Positions 48,361 to 59,389 of a stretch of DNA of 64,000 nt are shown here, one piece after another (within the stretch, counting starts at the first letter, position 1; each line of letters opens with the position of its first letter). Source of the DNA: Dudresnaya verticillata (taxonomy: Eukaryota); assembly GCA_977862235.1 (NCBI GenBank), contig OZ374563.1, forward strand, positions 2,170,001-2,234,000, read 5' to 3'. The notes beneath the pieces were generated by a model. The model searched no databases. It saw only the letters and a program-made list of their open reading frames with translations, and was not told the origin of the DNA. Position numbers and translations under genes: made by a program.

Positions 48361-49030
48361 CGCGTGTCTGCTCCCCGGCTGCGGAAACTACGCGCCCTCT
48401 ACCGCATGGAGCCCCCGAAGGTCCGCCATTCATACCTACAACATCAGCTCATCCAAAGCCTCCGAAGGACCGAACGATCAAAAGACACAGCCGCATCGTG
48501 GCACGCAGGCCATACGCTACAGGCCCTCACAAACTTCCCGAGCGTCTCGCTCCGTAGTGCAGCCCAGAGTCCTCCGCCCCCATCCCAGCGCCAGGCACAC
48601 CTGTCCGAGCTGCATCGCGCGTGGAGCGATGCACTCAGCACCAGGAGACCCGCGCCAGTCTACCCATTCCACCGCTTCCCACCAGCACTACTCCTTTGGG
48701 ACCACCAAGATCAGAAACTGGCAGTTCGGTGGCACCTCGGCACGTTCCCGATACCCCCCAAATGCCCCTCCAAGCGCGCTGCCCTCCGTCAACCCGCTGC
48801 CACTCTACAAAATCTCGCACTACGCGACCCCACCCCTCAAGATCTCCAAGAAATAAGGGCAGCCATCCACCTGATCCGAGCGGCCTGCCAAGAAGAATTC
48901 CCTCTCCCCCTCCCGCAGGAGCACTCCACATCGCCTGAATAGACCATGGCCCGAAAGTGTGCCTGCAAATGGGCCATAGCCGCCCGCGCAGGACCACTCT
49001 AAACAAAATACCAATAAATCAAACTTCACT
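48361..49030 (+). mobile_element. Well-preserved 5'-truncated RWHLG-family non-LTR insertion
   Basis: Open frame to 48942 with PALLLWDHQDQKLAVRWHLGTFPIPPKCP; 3' stem-loop and AATAAA; absent from the paralogous sites (39530, 14937); flanked by CACCACAA/CACTACAA. Confidence 0.85.
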
Positions 49031-49727
49031 ACAAAAACTCAAAATAAAATGGAGATCTGTCGAACAAAATCCAACGAAACCTGAATCGTTACTGTAAACC
49101 GATCTTAAAATACTGTAAGGTCTGCGAACGCGTCGTGGAGTTCGGCACCATATTGCCGCCGAGACAGGAAACCTCCGAGTTTGGAGTTGAGGGCAGTATG
49201 CAGCGATCCGTCGGTCCATAGCCCTAACTCTTTCCGCGCCTTTTCCGTCGTCCGCACGCGGCGCTTCGGTCTGGAATCCCCGATGATGAGTGAACATAAT
49301 TTACAATATAACCCTAGTGATGGGGGGGGGAAGGCTGTCTAACTTTGAGTTGCTACAAGCTTGAACAGCTTGGAAATGCTTTCTGTATTTGGAATCGTTC
49401 ATGGCTTGAAGAACTACTTGTGATCGTTTTAGATGGCACGAATATCTTTTGCACTGTAGTCGTTGCTAGTTTACTGTTACGATTGTATTTTAGTTGTTAC
49501 TAGAACGACTATACCGTTGATGACGATACTCATCACTTTATCATGTCCGATAGATTCTGTGTGGCGGACTGTAGTCTATAAGTATTGACTCGACAAGCAC
49601 TCCTCTGCTTTCTGAGGTATCCATCTACTACCACAATCAAAACTACTTTGACACTTCAACTGCAGTACCATGCTTTCCCTCTCACTACTGATCTGCATGC
49701 TGCAGACCCTTTTCCCCCAATTATCAA

Positions 49728-49740
49728 GTTATGGGCCCAG
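49728..49740 (+). other. Primer-binding site, half-tRNA-iMet type
   Basis: GTTATGGGCCCAG, 1 nt after the LTR, matches the Drosophila copia-type PBS complementary to the initiator-tRNA anticodon arm; mirror copy at 45800-45812. Confidence 0.85.
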
Positions 49741-52700
49741 ATCTGCCATCTCGCCCCAAGTTCTCTTGGTCCCTCATGGATGCTCCTTGGACGGACGGTC
49801 GTGGTCCATAAGAAGAGTTTGTACGTGCTGTACGGCTGTGGAAATCGTTCCATGACAAGCTACCGGAATCCAACAGCAATAAGATTTCTCCAGGACTTCA
49901 AGGGATTGTGTTGCAAGCTCAACTTTTTGGGCGTGCTCAAGACATTGTGAAGAAGATATCAGAAGACACGCTGCTGTCGGATGATGGTGCGAATGAAATA
50001 GCACGTGCTCTTCACAAAGACGACCCTCTTGCAGTGGTCAATGACGTATTCCAGAAATTTATGTCTGTGCTAGGGACTACGAGAGGTGATTCTGAAGGAT
50101 TTAAGAACTTTGAGACTCGGTTTGATGCCAAGCTGAGTAGATTCAATGCTGCAGCTGGTGATGCAAGACTGCCTGAATCTATTACCTCCTTTCTGTTGCT
50201 TGCAAATGCAAATGTGGAATCTCACCAGCGCGTATCTATTCTAGCTGCTGCTGCCCCCAGACCTTCTGAAATTCGTCAGAGACCCGGTCAAAACAAGATC
50301 CATGGAATGTTAAATGAGATCAAATATGAAGAAGTCTCTTCGATCTTGCGGGCATGTGACAAGCCTGCTGAGCTTTCTCTGCGACAAACTACCCCATTGT
50401 CGGGTAATAGTGCTACCCATCGCCCTTTTAGAACTCGCCCTGTCAAACGCAAGGCATTCAAGGATATGAGAGCTGAAGAACTTGCTGCTTTCAAGAAGAA
50501 CTCCAGATGCCGTGCGTGCAAGGAGAAAGGCCATTGGGCTGGTGATGCTGAATGTTCTATGTCGCAGAAAGGCACGAATGGGAACAATGAAAGTGATAAC
50601 AAGGGTAAGACAAAGACCTTGAAATTCAACAATGTCAATATTCATAGTGCTACTGCCTCTCCACTTCGTGCTCCAGGCCCATTACTTGACGATGGTGCAC
50701 CCTACTCTGGCATTGGGCTTGTTGAACTAAGGAAAATTGCTCCCTTCGTCCTAAGTTCGTGGGATGAATGCCGCGAACAGATTCCTGAATCAATTGCCAA
50801 TAGACCTTATTGGCAGTACGGTCAAGGCTCTCATGCGAGCAGCACTAGAAAAATTATTGGTTCCGTTGTTCTACGGTTGTTGAGTGACTCTGGTTCTGTC
50901 TTAGAGGTACGACATGTTGTTATTGAAGGGTCCTCACAATGGATTGTTGGAAAAATGTTACCAACCACTGCAACATTCAACACATCGATGGCCGTTTTCT
51001 CCAATTGCCTACTGAGTTAAGCAACGGACAATATGACACTGTGTCACTATTGAAGCATGACTTCCTGGACTATTTGCCGTTTTCAAGGTTTACGGCGGCA
51101 AAGGATAATGTTGTTTGCTCCAGTTTGCGTGCTGCTACTGAAGCATCAGAAAATTCGCACTCACTGTCATGGAGGGATTTGAAGTCCATTATTGATAAAG
51201 TCCACAAACATGTATGTGGACATTCAAACTACTTCGACATCAAGACACTGCCTCAGAGAAACAACCTTTGGACAGATGAGTGTGCATCATATTTATCCAA
51301 GACACTTGAGTCCTGCAGAAGTTGCCACGAGACGGATCTTCCAGTCAAATCCCGAACTGTTTCCCTCAATAATTTCTCTAGGGGATTTAACCAGCTCGTA
51401 TATATTGATCATTTTTTTCCTGAGCAGGAATCAGTTTTCCACATTATGGATTCTGTATCAAGGTACTCTGCTGGGGATTGCGTGCAAACTAAGGGAATGA
51501 CCAACGCTATTAATGTGCTTGAATCAAATTGGATATCACAGTTCTGGAATCCAGCTGCTGTACAGGGAGACCCTGCCTTCAATGTGGCTGAGTTCAAAAA
51601 CCATTTGAATTCTATTGGAACTATGTTTCGTCCAGCTCCCCCACGCCGTCCAAGCAAAAATGCATTGGAATCCAAGCACAGAGTTATTAAGTCGATATTT
51701 ATGCGATTGCGTCACGCCAACCCAAATGCCAATGCACGACTACTCGTGATTCAGGCAATGAGGATATCAAATGACCTCTATGGTAATGATATAGCTTCCG
51801 CATATGAGCTAGCGAAAGGGTTTACTCGTCCTATCATTCCCACTGACTCTCCAATTACTATACCAGATGAGATAATCAAAGCACACGATGATTTATCTGC
51901 ACGCCGCAAGCTTACGGCAATATTACGCTCTAAGTCTTCACAAGATGCAGCAATTGATGTCGGTACTCTTGTTGAACTTTATATCAAGCAACCCAATGAG
52001 AAAAGAGGCAAATGGACTCTACCAAGACCTGTTCTTTCCTTTGACAAAAAATCTCAAACTGTTACTGTACCTGGCAAGGCTGGTCGTGTCGTTCAAGCAG
52101 CAGTCGAGGATGTTCGGTTCGCATTGCCCAGTCAGGCTGATTTTTCCCACATGGTTCAAGCCGCTATCGATCAATGTAACTCAGCAGTATATTCAGCTAT
52201 TGATGTGATTGTAGAAGATGGAAATGATGATGATGGAAACGATGATGATGGAAATTGTATTGGAAATAATGATGATGTAGAAGACAATGGATGGACCAAT
52301 GTTACTGATGTAACAAATAATGGTGATGTAGATGCTGATGAGAAAACTATAAATAATGTACAAGATGGAAATTACATGGATATAGGTGAAGGTGTGCACC
52401 CTAGCCCTGACTCAGTGTCTCCCAATGGACAGTTTGGTGCAGATGCACTTACATACCACCCACCTCCAGGTCCTGTTGGCACACGTGAACTAAATTCCCT
52501 TGGTGATGCTAATGACGATGGACACCAAATGGTTACACGCTCACAAGCTCGAAATGCTAATACAGCTGATATTGTTCTGCAACCAGGACAGATGCTAACA
52601 CCTTCAGACAAAATTCTGTTGGACAGCTGTTATGAACGCTTTGGGACCAAGGAGTTCTTATTGAAGGATGCGCAAGGTCTACCGCCTTCTGTAGTACAAA

Positions 52701-54223
52701 ATGCATACCGAAGTGAAGAAGAAAGCTTCTTGCAAACCTGTGAATGCATTCACATCTCTAAGGTTCCGCATGGAGCGAATATAATTTCAAGTCACGTCTT
52801 GTACAAGGTCAAGCGTCTAGATGATGGTTCGAAAAGGTGCAAGGCTAGGATTGCACCACATGGCAATAACGACAGAGAGCGAAAATCACTCAAGACTGAT
52901 TCTGCTGCATGCCCACCGTTGGGATTTAGAATATTATTGTCCATTGCAGTTATATTCGGTTGGTTTATCAGCAAAATTGACATTAAGAGCGCATTTCTAC
53001 AGTCTGGAAGAGCGCAAAGAGATGTGTATGTCATACCACCACGCGAGTGTGTCAATCGATTGTTCTACTGGCTCCTACTGACCGCAAGTTATGGGTTGGT
53101 TAATGCTAATGCAAAATGGCAATACCACTCTGACTCCACACTTCTTGACCTGGGACTTTCATCTGTCGTTCACATACCCCAGTTGTTTTATATGTGCAGG
53201 GATGGAGTTTTAGTACTACTAGTGGCCAAAGTTGTCGGCGACCTTCTGATTGTTGGCGAAGAAAATGCTAAGTCTTCGTTCATAGATGCATTATCGAAAC
53301 GATATAAGCTCGGAACAATCGTTCATTTACCAGGAGAGTTCGTATTCTTTGGGCTAACTATTACTCAAGATGAAGACGGAGTTATTCATATATCTGCTGA
53401 AGACAAAGTTGAAGCTCTCACCCCGTACAGGTTAACAAGAACAAGACGAAAGCAGGTTGATGATTCATTGAACGCAATTGAGTATTTCTCCTTCTCATCT
53501 ATGAATGGGTCCTTTGGATTCTTGGGTCAAAATGTCTCTCCCTTTGCATCGCTGTACACAAGTTTTATGCAACAGCGACGGTCGTCCACAACTGTACATG
53601 ATTTGCAGCGACAGGCAGGTTTAGTAAGAAAACTTCAGAGAATTGGGTCTACTACCAAGTTCAGAACTCCAGAAAAGGGGTCATATGATGTAAGTGTTTT
53701 TATGTTTTCTGATGCTGCCAGACCTAACGAGTTTGGTCAACTTGGATATGTTGCTGGCCTTTGCATTGGCCCATTGAAAAAAGGGTCTGTGTTTCATGTA
53801 CTTAGCTGGCAATCCCACTTATCAAGACGCCCAGCTAAATCTAGTGCTTCTGCAGAAGTTATGGCTGCAGAGGAGGCACTTGATGCTGGAAAAGTCATCG
53901 CAGCTACATACACATTGCTTCTGGGAGGTTCAGTGCATTTGGGACTAGCAGTTGATTCTAAGGATCTATTTTCATCAATGTCGACCTGCAGAGTGCCTGA
54001 TGATAAGTCAATTGAAGCTGATGTTGCACTACTAAGGTAAAATTTCGAAACACATGCGCTCAATCAGGTGACATGGATTCCAGGGACTCTTAACTTCGCA
54101 GACCCTCTAACTAAGATTGATTCTGCTGTATCAGACAGTTTACAACTACTCATGTTTGATGGCAAGCTACCCTGTGATCTCGCGATGCACGAGTCTCGTG
54201 AATCTGATGCTTTCCTTGGATAG
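49731..54223 (+). pseudogene. Disrupted gag-pol of copia family 2
   Basis: Same four lesions: TAA 49809-49811, frameshift in the A5 run 50951-50955 (WIVGK/NVT), VVGD at 53237, TAA 54038-54040. The frame continues NFETHALNQVTWIPGTLNFADPLTK to TAG at 54223. Confidence 0.9.
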
Positions 54224-54790
54224 GTTCACTCGAAGGAGGAGGAATGTCTAACTTTGAGTTGCTCCAAGCTTGAACAGCTTGGAAATGCTTTCTGTATTTG
54301 GAATCGTTCATGGCTTGAAGAACTACTTGTGATCGTTTTAGATGGCACGAATATCTTTTGCACTGTAGTCGTTGCTAGTTTACTGTTACGATTGTATTTT
54401 AGTTGTTACTAGAACGACTATACCGTTGATGACGATACTCATCACTTTATCATGTCCGATAGATTCTGTGTGGCGGACTGTAGTCTATAAGTATTGACTC
54501 GACAAGCACTCCTCTGCTTTCTGAGGTATCCATCTACTACCACAATCAAAACTACTTTGACACTTCAACTGCAGTACCATGCTTTCCCTCTCACTACTGA
54601 TCTGCATGCTGCAGACCCTTTTCCCCCAATTATCAAGAGACAACAGTCACCCAGACTGTTTAACGCAGGCTTCCATACGCATTCACGCCACGACAAGCTC
54701 ATCTTTCTCAACCCTCTCTCGATCAGCCATCCCTACTGGCAAAGCGACTACCTGAACTCCTTGCGTAGAGCAACATACCCAGGAATAAAT

Positions 54791-55156
54791 ATGGACGACG
54801 ATCCGACCAAGCGTTGCTACAAGGCCACTTGGCCGGGCAAGGGCAAGAAGCAGGAATCTTCCGCGCACGGTTCTTGCAATTCCGGCTACAAGTCTTCCAG
54901 CTCCAAGTCCGGCTCCAAGAATTCAGGCTCCAAGTCCGGCTCCAACTCTGGCTCCAAGTCTTCTTCCAAGTCTTCCAAGTCCTCTAAGGCTTCGTCTGCA
55001 CGCATATCCACTGGCTCCTCGTACAAGCATAGTTCCTCCTCGTACGGTTCGGGAAAGTCCAGCAAGTGCCGCACGTGTCCGTACTGCGGTTGTATTGCCT
55101 ATTCCAGGGAGTCTCTCGACCAGCATATCAGGCGCTGCCATCCGTGTGCCTGCTAA
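54791..55156 (+). CDS. Ser/Gly/Lys-repeat C2H2 zinc-finger protein, copy 3 (121 aa)
   Basis: As copy 2 with a 27-bp in-frame repeat deletion; 155 bp downstream of the copia 3' LTR. Confidence 0.7.
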   Translation: MDDDPTKRCYKATWPGKGKKQESSAHGSCNSGYKSSSSKSGSKNSGSKSGSNSGSKSSSKSSKSSKASSARISTGSSYKHSSSSYGSGKSSKCRTCPYCGCIAYSRESLDQHIRRCHPCAC

Positions 55157-55699
55157 GCCAGACCACAGCACAACGAGCGACCTCACTGGCACATTCTTAG
55201 GGCTGCTTTGCACATAAATGATTCTCTTAATCTGAGTTCGCACTAATCCCCAGTTTCACAATATCTTCAACTTGTCATCGTGCGGTAAAGGGAGCAGTTC
55301 GTGCTGTGTTCCAGAGTGAGCTTGCTTTTTTCTTTCCAATCTACCGGGGGCATCCCTTATTCTGATACTGGGGTTTACCTAGAAGCCTTACACCGCGCAG
55401 TGCCGGGACTTCTACAGCCCATTGAGATATTTTTATCAGCCACTTCCTCCTCCTCCAACCGTTCTGATGTCGGAAAGCCCCACTTCTCTTCTTATAAAAG
55501 GGAGCTCCATGAACAACAAAACAATGGGTTTTAGGACATCTAGGATTTACATCGTCAAAGAGGGAGATAGAACCGTTATGTGCAGGATCCGAAAAGGGTC
55601 GCTAGAGGTCGCCCGCAAGCCGTCCTATACTTATGCAAGAACTACATCTGCTCCCTCTACCAACAAGGGTATACATGTACACCCGTCAGCTGCATTGAC

Positions 55700-56298
55700 C
55701 GCTCATCCAAAGCCTCCGAAGGACCGAATGATCAATAGACACAACCGCATCGTGGCACGCAGGCCATAGGCTACAGGTCCTCACAAAGTTCCCGAGCGTC
55801 TCTCTCCGTAGTGCAGCCCAGATTCCTCCGCTCCCATCCCAGCGCCAGGCACACCTTTCCGAGCTGCACCGCGCGTGGAGCGATGCGCTCAGCGGTAGGA
55901 GAGCCGCGCCCGCCTACCCATCCCACCGCTTCCCACGAGCACTACTCCTATCGGACCACCAAGATCGAAAACTGGCAGTTCGGTAGCACCTCGGCACGTT
56001 CCCGATACCCTCCAAATGCCCACCCAAGCGCGCTGCACTCCGCCAACCCGCTGCTACTCTACACAAGCTCACGCTACGCGAACCCGCCCCTCAAGATCTC
56101 CAAGAAATAATCTCCAAGAAATAACGGAAGCCATCTACCTGATCCGAGCGGCCTGCCAAGAAGAACTCCCTCTTCCCCTCCCGCACGAGCACTCGACATC
56201 GCCCCAATAGACCACAGCCCGAAAGTGTGCCTGCAAATGGGCCATTGCCGCCCCCGCAGGACCACTCTAAAACAAAACGCCAATAAATCAAACTTCAC
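55700..56298 (+). mobile_element. 5'-truncated RWHLG-family element, close relative of 48361-49030
   Basis: Colinear DNA similarity with 48447-49030 including the 3' stem-loop and CAATAAATCAAACTTCACT end. Confidence 0.8.
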
Positions 56299-56299
56299 T

Positions 56300-57900
56300 T
56301 GTCGGGGCGCAGCGATTTCGACGCGAAGTAGAGTGAGCCGGCAATCGTGAGTAAGATGTGCTGGACTCAGCGGTGCAAACCTCTTGCGTGTGCATGTAGG
56401 CTTGTGGAACAAATGTCGTGAGGGGCATGGGTGGAGGTGATAGGCTTCGTGTGGCAGAAGCGAGGCGGGACGTGGCTGAGTTTGCCAATTGCCAAGGCCA
56501 TACGTCGTGGGAGTACGAGAAGCGAGGGCTCGTGCGAACGTTGGCCGAGGTCGAGGAGAGGCGTGGATGTGGCGACGCAGAGTTTGTTCGGTAATGCGCG
56601 GCTCGGCGGCATGCAGCAAGAAGCAAGCTCCAGAGCCGCAATGCCGACCGTCACATGTTGCGAAGGCTCAATTTTGATGGAAAAAAGAAGAGATCTGCGC
56701 AGCGCGAGAAGTTATTGAGCGAGCGGCAGAGCGATGTTGGGCAATTTTCTTCAATAATCTGGGCGCTTGGAGTGGGTGGTGAATTCAGGAAATACTACTC
56801 CACCACTCCACCACTCTTTTGGCCAATGAGAAGCCGTTAAAGTAGCGGCGGGCGTGGCTACTTTCCGTCGTCTGTGGAGGGTCAGCAAGACCCTTCCACA
56901 CTTTGCCACTCTCTCGCTCGCTATAGCACCAACACTAACACACAACGGCAATGTGCTTCCGAGCGTCTGCTCCAGCACTTCCTAAAGTCTCGCTGTCCAC
57001 GCTGCCCGTTCGCTTGGGACAGCCTCGAATTCGGTTCCAGCAATGCGGAACTGCGAGGAAGATGGGCGCAAACGGTGTCGCTTTGGGGGGAGAATGTGGC
57101 ATTTTGTCGCAGACCATGCCATGCAACTGCGTTGGGCCCAGTCATCGCAGATTGCCAATGCCTTCCGTAATTCTTGTGGGGATTTGAGATGCACAAGGCA
57201 AGGTCATCCTCTACAATCCGGCAGGGGCGGCATGCTGAGGGACGTTGGAGCTTAGCACACAGTTTTGCTGCTAGAGGCTTGATATAGATGTGAAACCGGT
57301 CAGGGTTCAAGTGTTGAGGTAGTAGTTCCTCGCAGATTTTATGGGTCTTGAGACGGTCAACTCTGTCATATGCACTCTTGAGGTCTAGAATGGAGAATGC
57401 GCTTGCCCATACCACCCCTCGCTACATGCATCTCCGTGAGGAGACAAGCACTCAATTTTGATGCGGCGGGGGTGCACAGTACAGAGCGACGCGTCCGCGA
57501 ACGTGCGATGGTGTTTGGTTGCGCAACATGCAACTGTTGAGAAACTCCTTAGGGATGTGTTGTTGTATTTTATTTGTTGTTTAACGGGATGTGGCAACAC
57601 CGAAGTCTAATGTCCAACCGCCAAACAGGAGGACGGGAAGGAATGTTTGTCAGCATGTGCACATGCAGATGTGAAGCTTCAACAGCGAGGCAGAATCTCT
57701 TGTGGACTGGAGAGAGGGATGGGGAACTTTATGGTACGGTTCGAAGGGCGCTAGGTCGCCCGACAAGTGGACTGCTGGCACGAGATCATACCACAATGCT
57801 CCGTTAATGGCCTTCTTCATTACCATACGCACCAAGGCGAGCATCCCCCTCCATCGTCGAGCAGTCACGATCATCTGCAGTGTTCAAGAATACTGTGCCA
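56300..57900 (-). mobile_element. Degenerate non-LTR retrotransposon with reverse-transcriptase remnants
   Basis: ILDLKSAYDRVDR and LRKALAICDDWAQRSCMAWSATKCHIL are non-LTR RT motifs, in shifted frames; boundaries approximate. Confidence 0.75.
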
Positions 57901-58534
57901 AAATGTTATCACGGTGCAAGCAACAAACATCCGGCATATATAGTACAGTCCACATTATTTTGATAGTACTACTCCACTCTTCGGAAAAGGGTGCAATACC
58001 TGACACACAATCACCGCAATCCCCCATCAGCAATCTCGCGTCTTTCCTGCTGCCTGTATTCACTTGCTCATTTTCGCTTCTACAATTGCGAAGGGAATGT
58101 ACTTGCGGATAGGGTTGTGGCATTATTGTATTATATGAAGTTTGCAACACTTTGCCTTTTTCGCATCCATGGTACATTTTTGCAAACATTCTCTGAAGAA
58201 CTGGAATATTCTCAGGGTGCTTGGTATTCTTCCCTCTTTGTCCTTGGGACAACCACCATGAACACCGATGGAGTCCCTGACAAGCTTTTGGGCCGGGATT
58301 TGTATTAATTCGAATGCATCTTTGACTCGCACGCAGCCACCAACATTCACCTAACTGGAAACATCGCACACATAATATTGCTCTACTACTGATAGATGTA
58401 CAGAAAGCGCTTAGCACAGAGTGGCATTCACTGCTGCTTGCACCACACACACACACAAAAAGCTACTCAAAGCAGTATTGCCGCGGTATTGCGTTTCCAA
58501 ACATGCCGTCAGACGGGTCCTTTACTTCCTTTTC

Positions 58535-59389
58535 TCAGCAGTACGGGACGTCAATCTTGATCCCATAGATTCCGTTCGGCACCGGCTTCGCCGATATTCC
58601 TATCGCTCTCGCACCCAGTGCTTTCAGCAGCTTGAAATTGCCGAAACCTTCCAGGTTTGTAACAATTTTAACATTTTTCCATGTTGAGAAGTCGAAGCCA
58701 GGTTTGTTTTTCAACCACCCAGCTGCTGGAGCAGGAGTAATTATTGCTTGCAGTTTCCTAACCCCTCTTTTGTTCGACCTTGTGCCGAATGTTTCCCCGC
58801 CGTCGACCTCAACAAGCACCACAGCAGCCATGAAGTTGTCAGACTCTCCGTCAAAGTCGTTGTTAACCCTCACCATAATATCGTCGCATCCGCCCATATA
58901 CTCGATTTCCTTCTTATTATTAAACGAACTCGTGAATCCGATAAACTTTCCGCAGGTATATAAGCGAAGCCTATCATCACCAACAGTGGTAATCTTCAGC
59001 TTGATCTGTTTCGTGCAGATTCCTGAGCAGCCACACGAGTATCCACTTGAGCACGTTGTCACGCCTGGAGTACATGGCCCTTTTGGCAGGACAACACTCG
59101 TCGGCGAGGCTGCGGGTGTCTGTGAGGCTGATGAGGACGGAGACGCTGAAGGTGATGCTATTGGAACCTTCGATGTTGATGTTGACGGAGTAGGTGTAGG
59201 TGACACGGATAGTCTAGCTAACCGGCAACGGCATTCGTACTCTTGATTACACCGAATGCGCGTGCAGGAAGCTTTCTTCTTGAGTCTGTTGCAGGTGCTT
59301 TTTGATCCTTTGGCACTTTGACATTTCGCAGTGCTCCCATAAATTGACGAGACCAGCAGGATGAAGCACAAAATGGTTAGATGGCGCAT
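58535..59389 (-). CDS. Secreted Cys-rich protein with Ser/Thr/Pro linker (284 aa)
   Basis: Signal-peptide-like MRHLTILCFILLVSSIYG; 6-Cys basic module; SPTPTPSTSTS..SPSASPSSS linker; CTPGVTTCSSGYSCGCSGIC; C-terminal beta-rich domain. Confidence 0.8.
   Translation of the reverse strand: MRHLTILCFILLVSSIYGSTAKCQSAKGSKSTCNRLKKKASCTRIRCNQEYECRCRLARLSVSPTPTPSTSTSKVPIASPSASPSSSASQTPAASPTSVVLPKGPCTPGVTTCSSGYSCGCSGICTKQIKLKITTVGDDRLRLYTCGKFIGFTSSFNNKKEIEYMGGCDDIMVRVNNDFDGESDNFMAAVVLVEVDGGETFGTRSNKRGVRKLQAIITPAPAAGWLKNKPGFDFSTWKNVKIVTNLEGFGNFKLLKALGARAIGISAKPVPNGIYGIKIDVPYC

Larger units (their letters stand above)
49336..54635 (+). mobile_element. Full-length but defective Ty1/copia element (family 2, GalEa-like), plus copy
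   Basis: 391-bp LTRs 49336-49726 and 54245-54635 (1 difference seen); PBS 49728-49740; PPT 54232-54244; inserted in the G-run/GGAGGC site that is empty at ~15240 and ~39835. Confidence 0.95.

Noticed and set aside
46205..49335. Inversion of the spacer by recombination between the inverted copias
   Set aside because: Flanks of each element still join up as in the empty paralogous sites, so there is no net inversion in this assembly.
50945..50960. Programmed -1 frameshift between gag and pol in copia family 2
   Set aside because: The shift falls inside the protease C-terminal motif WIVGK/N, lacks a proper X XXY YYZ heptamer and co-occurs with three other lesions; a 1-bp loss in an A run is simpler.
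58632..59246. 204-aa plus-strand ORF
   Set aside because: Antisense to the secreted-protein gene, which has a coherent signal peptide and domain layout.
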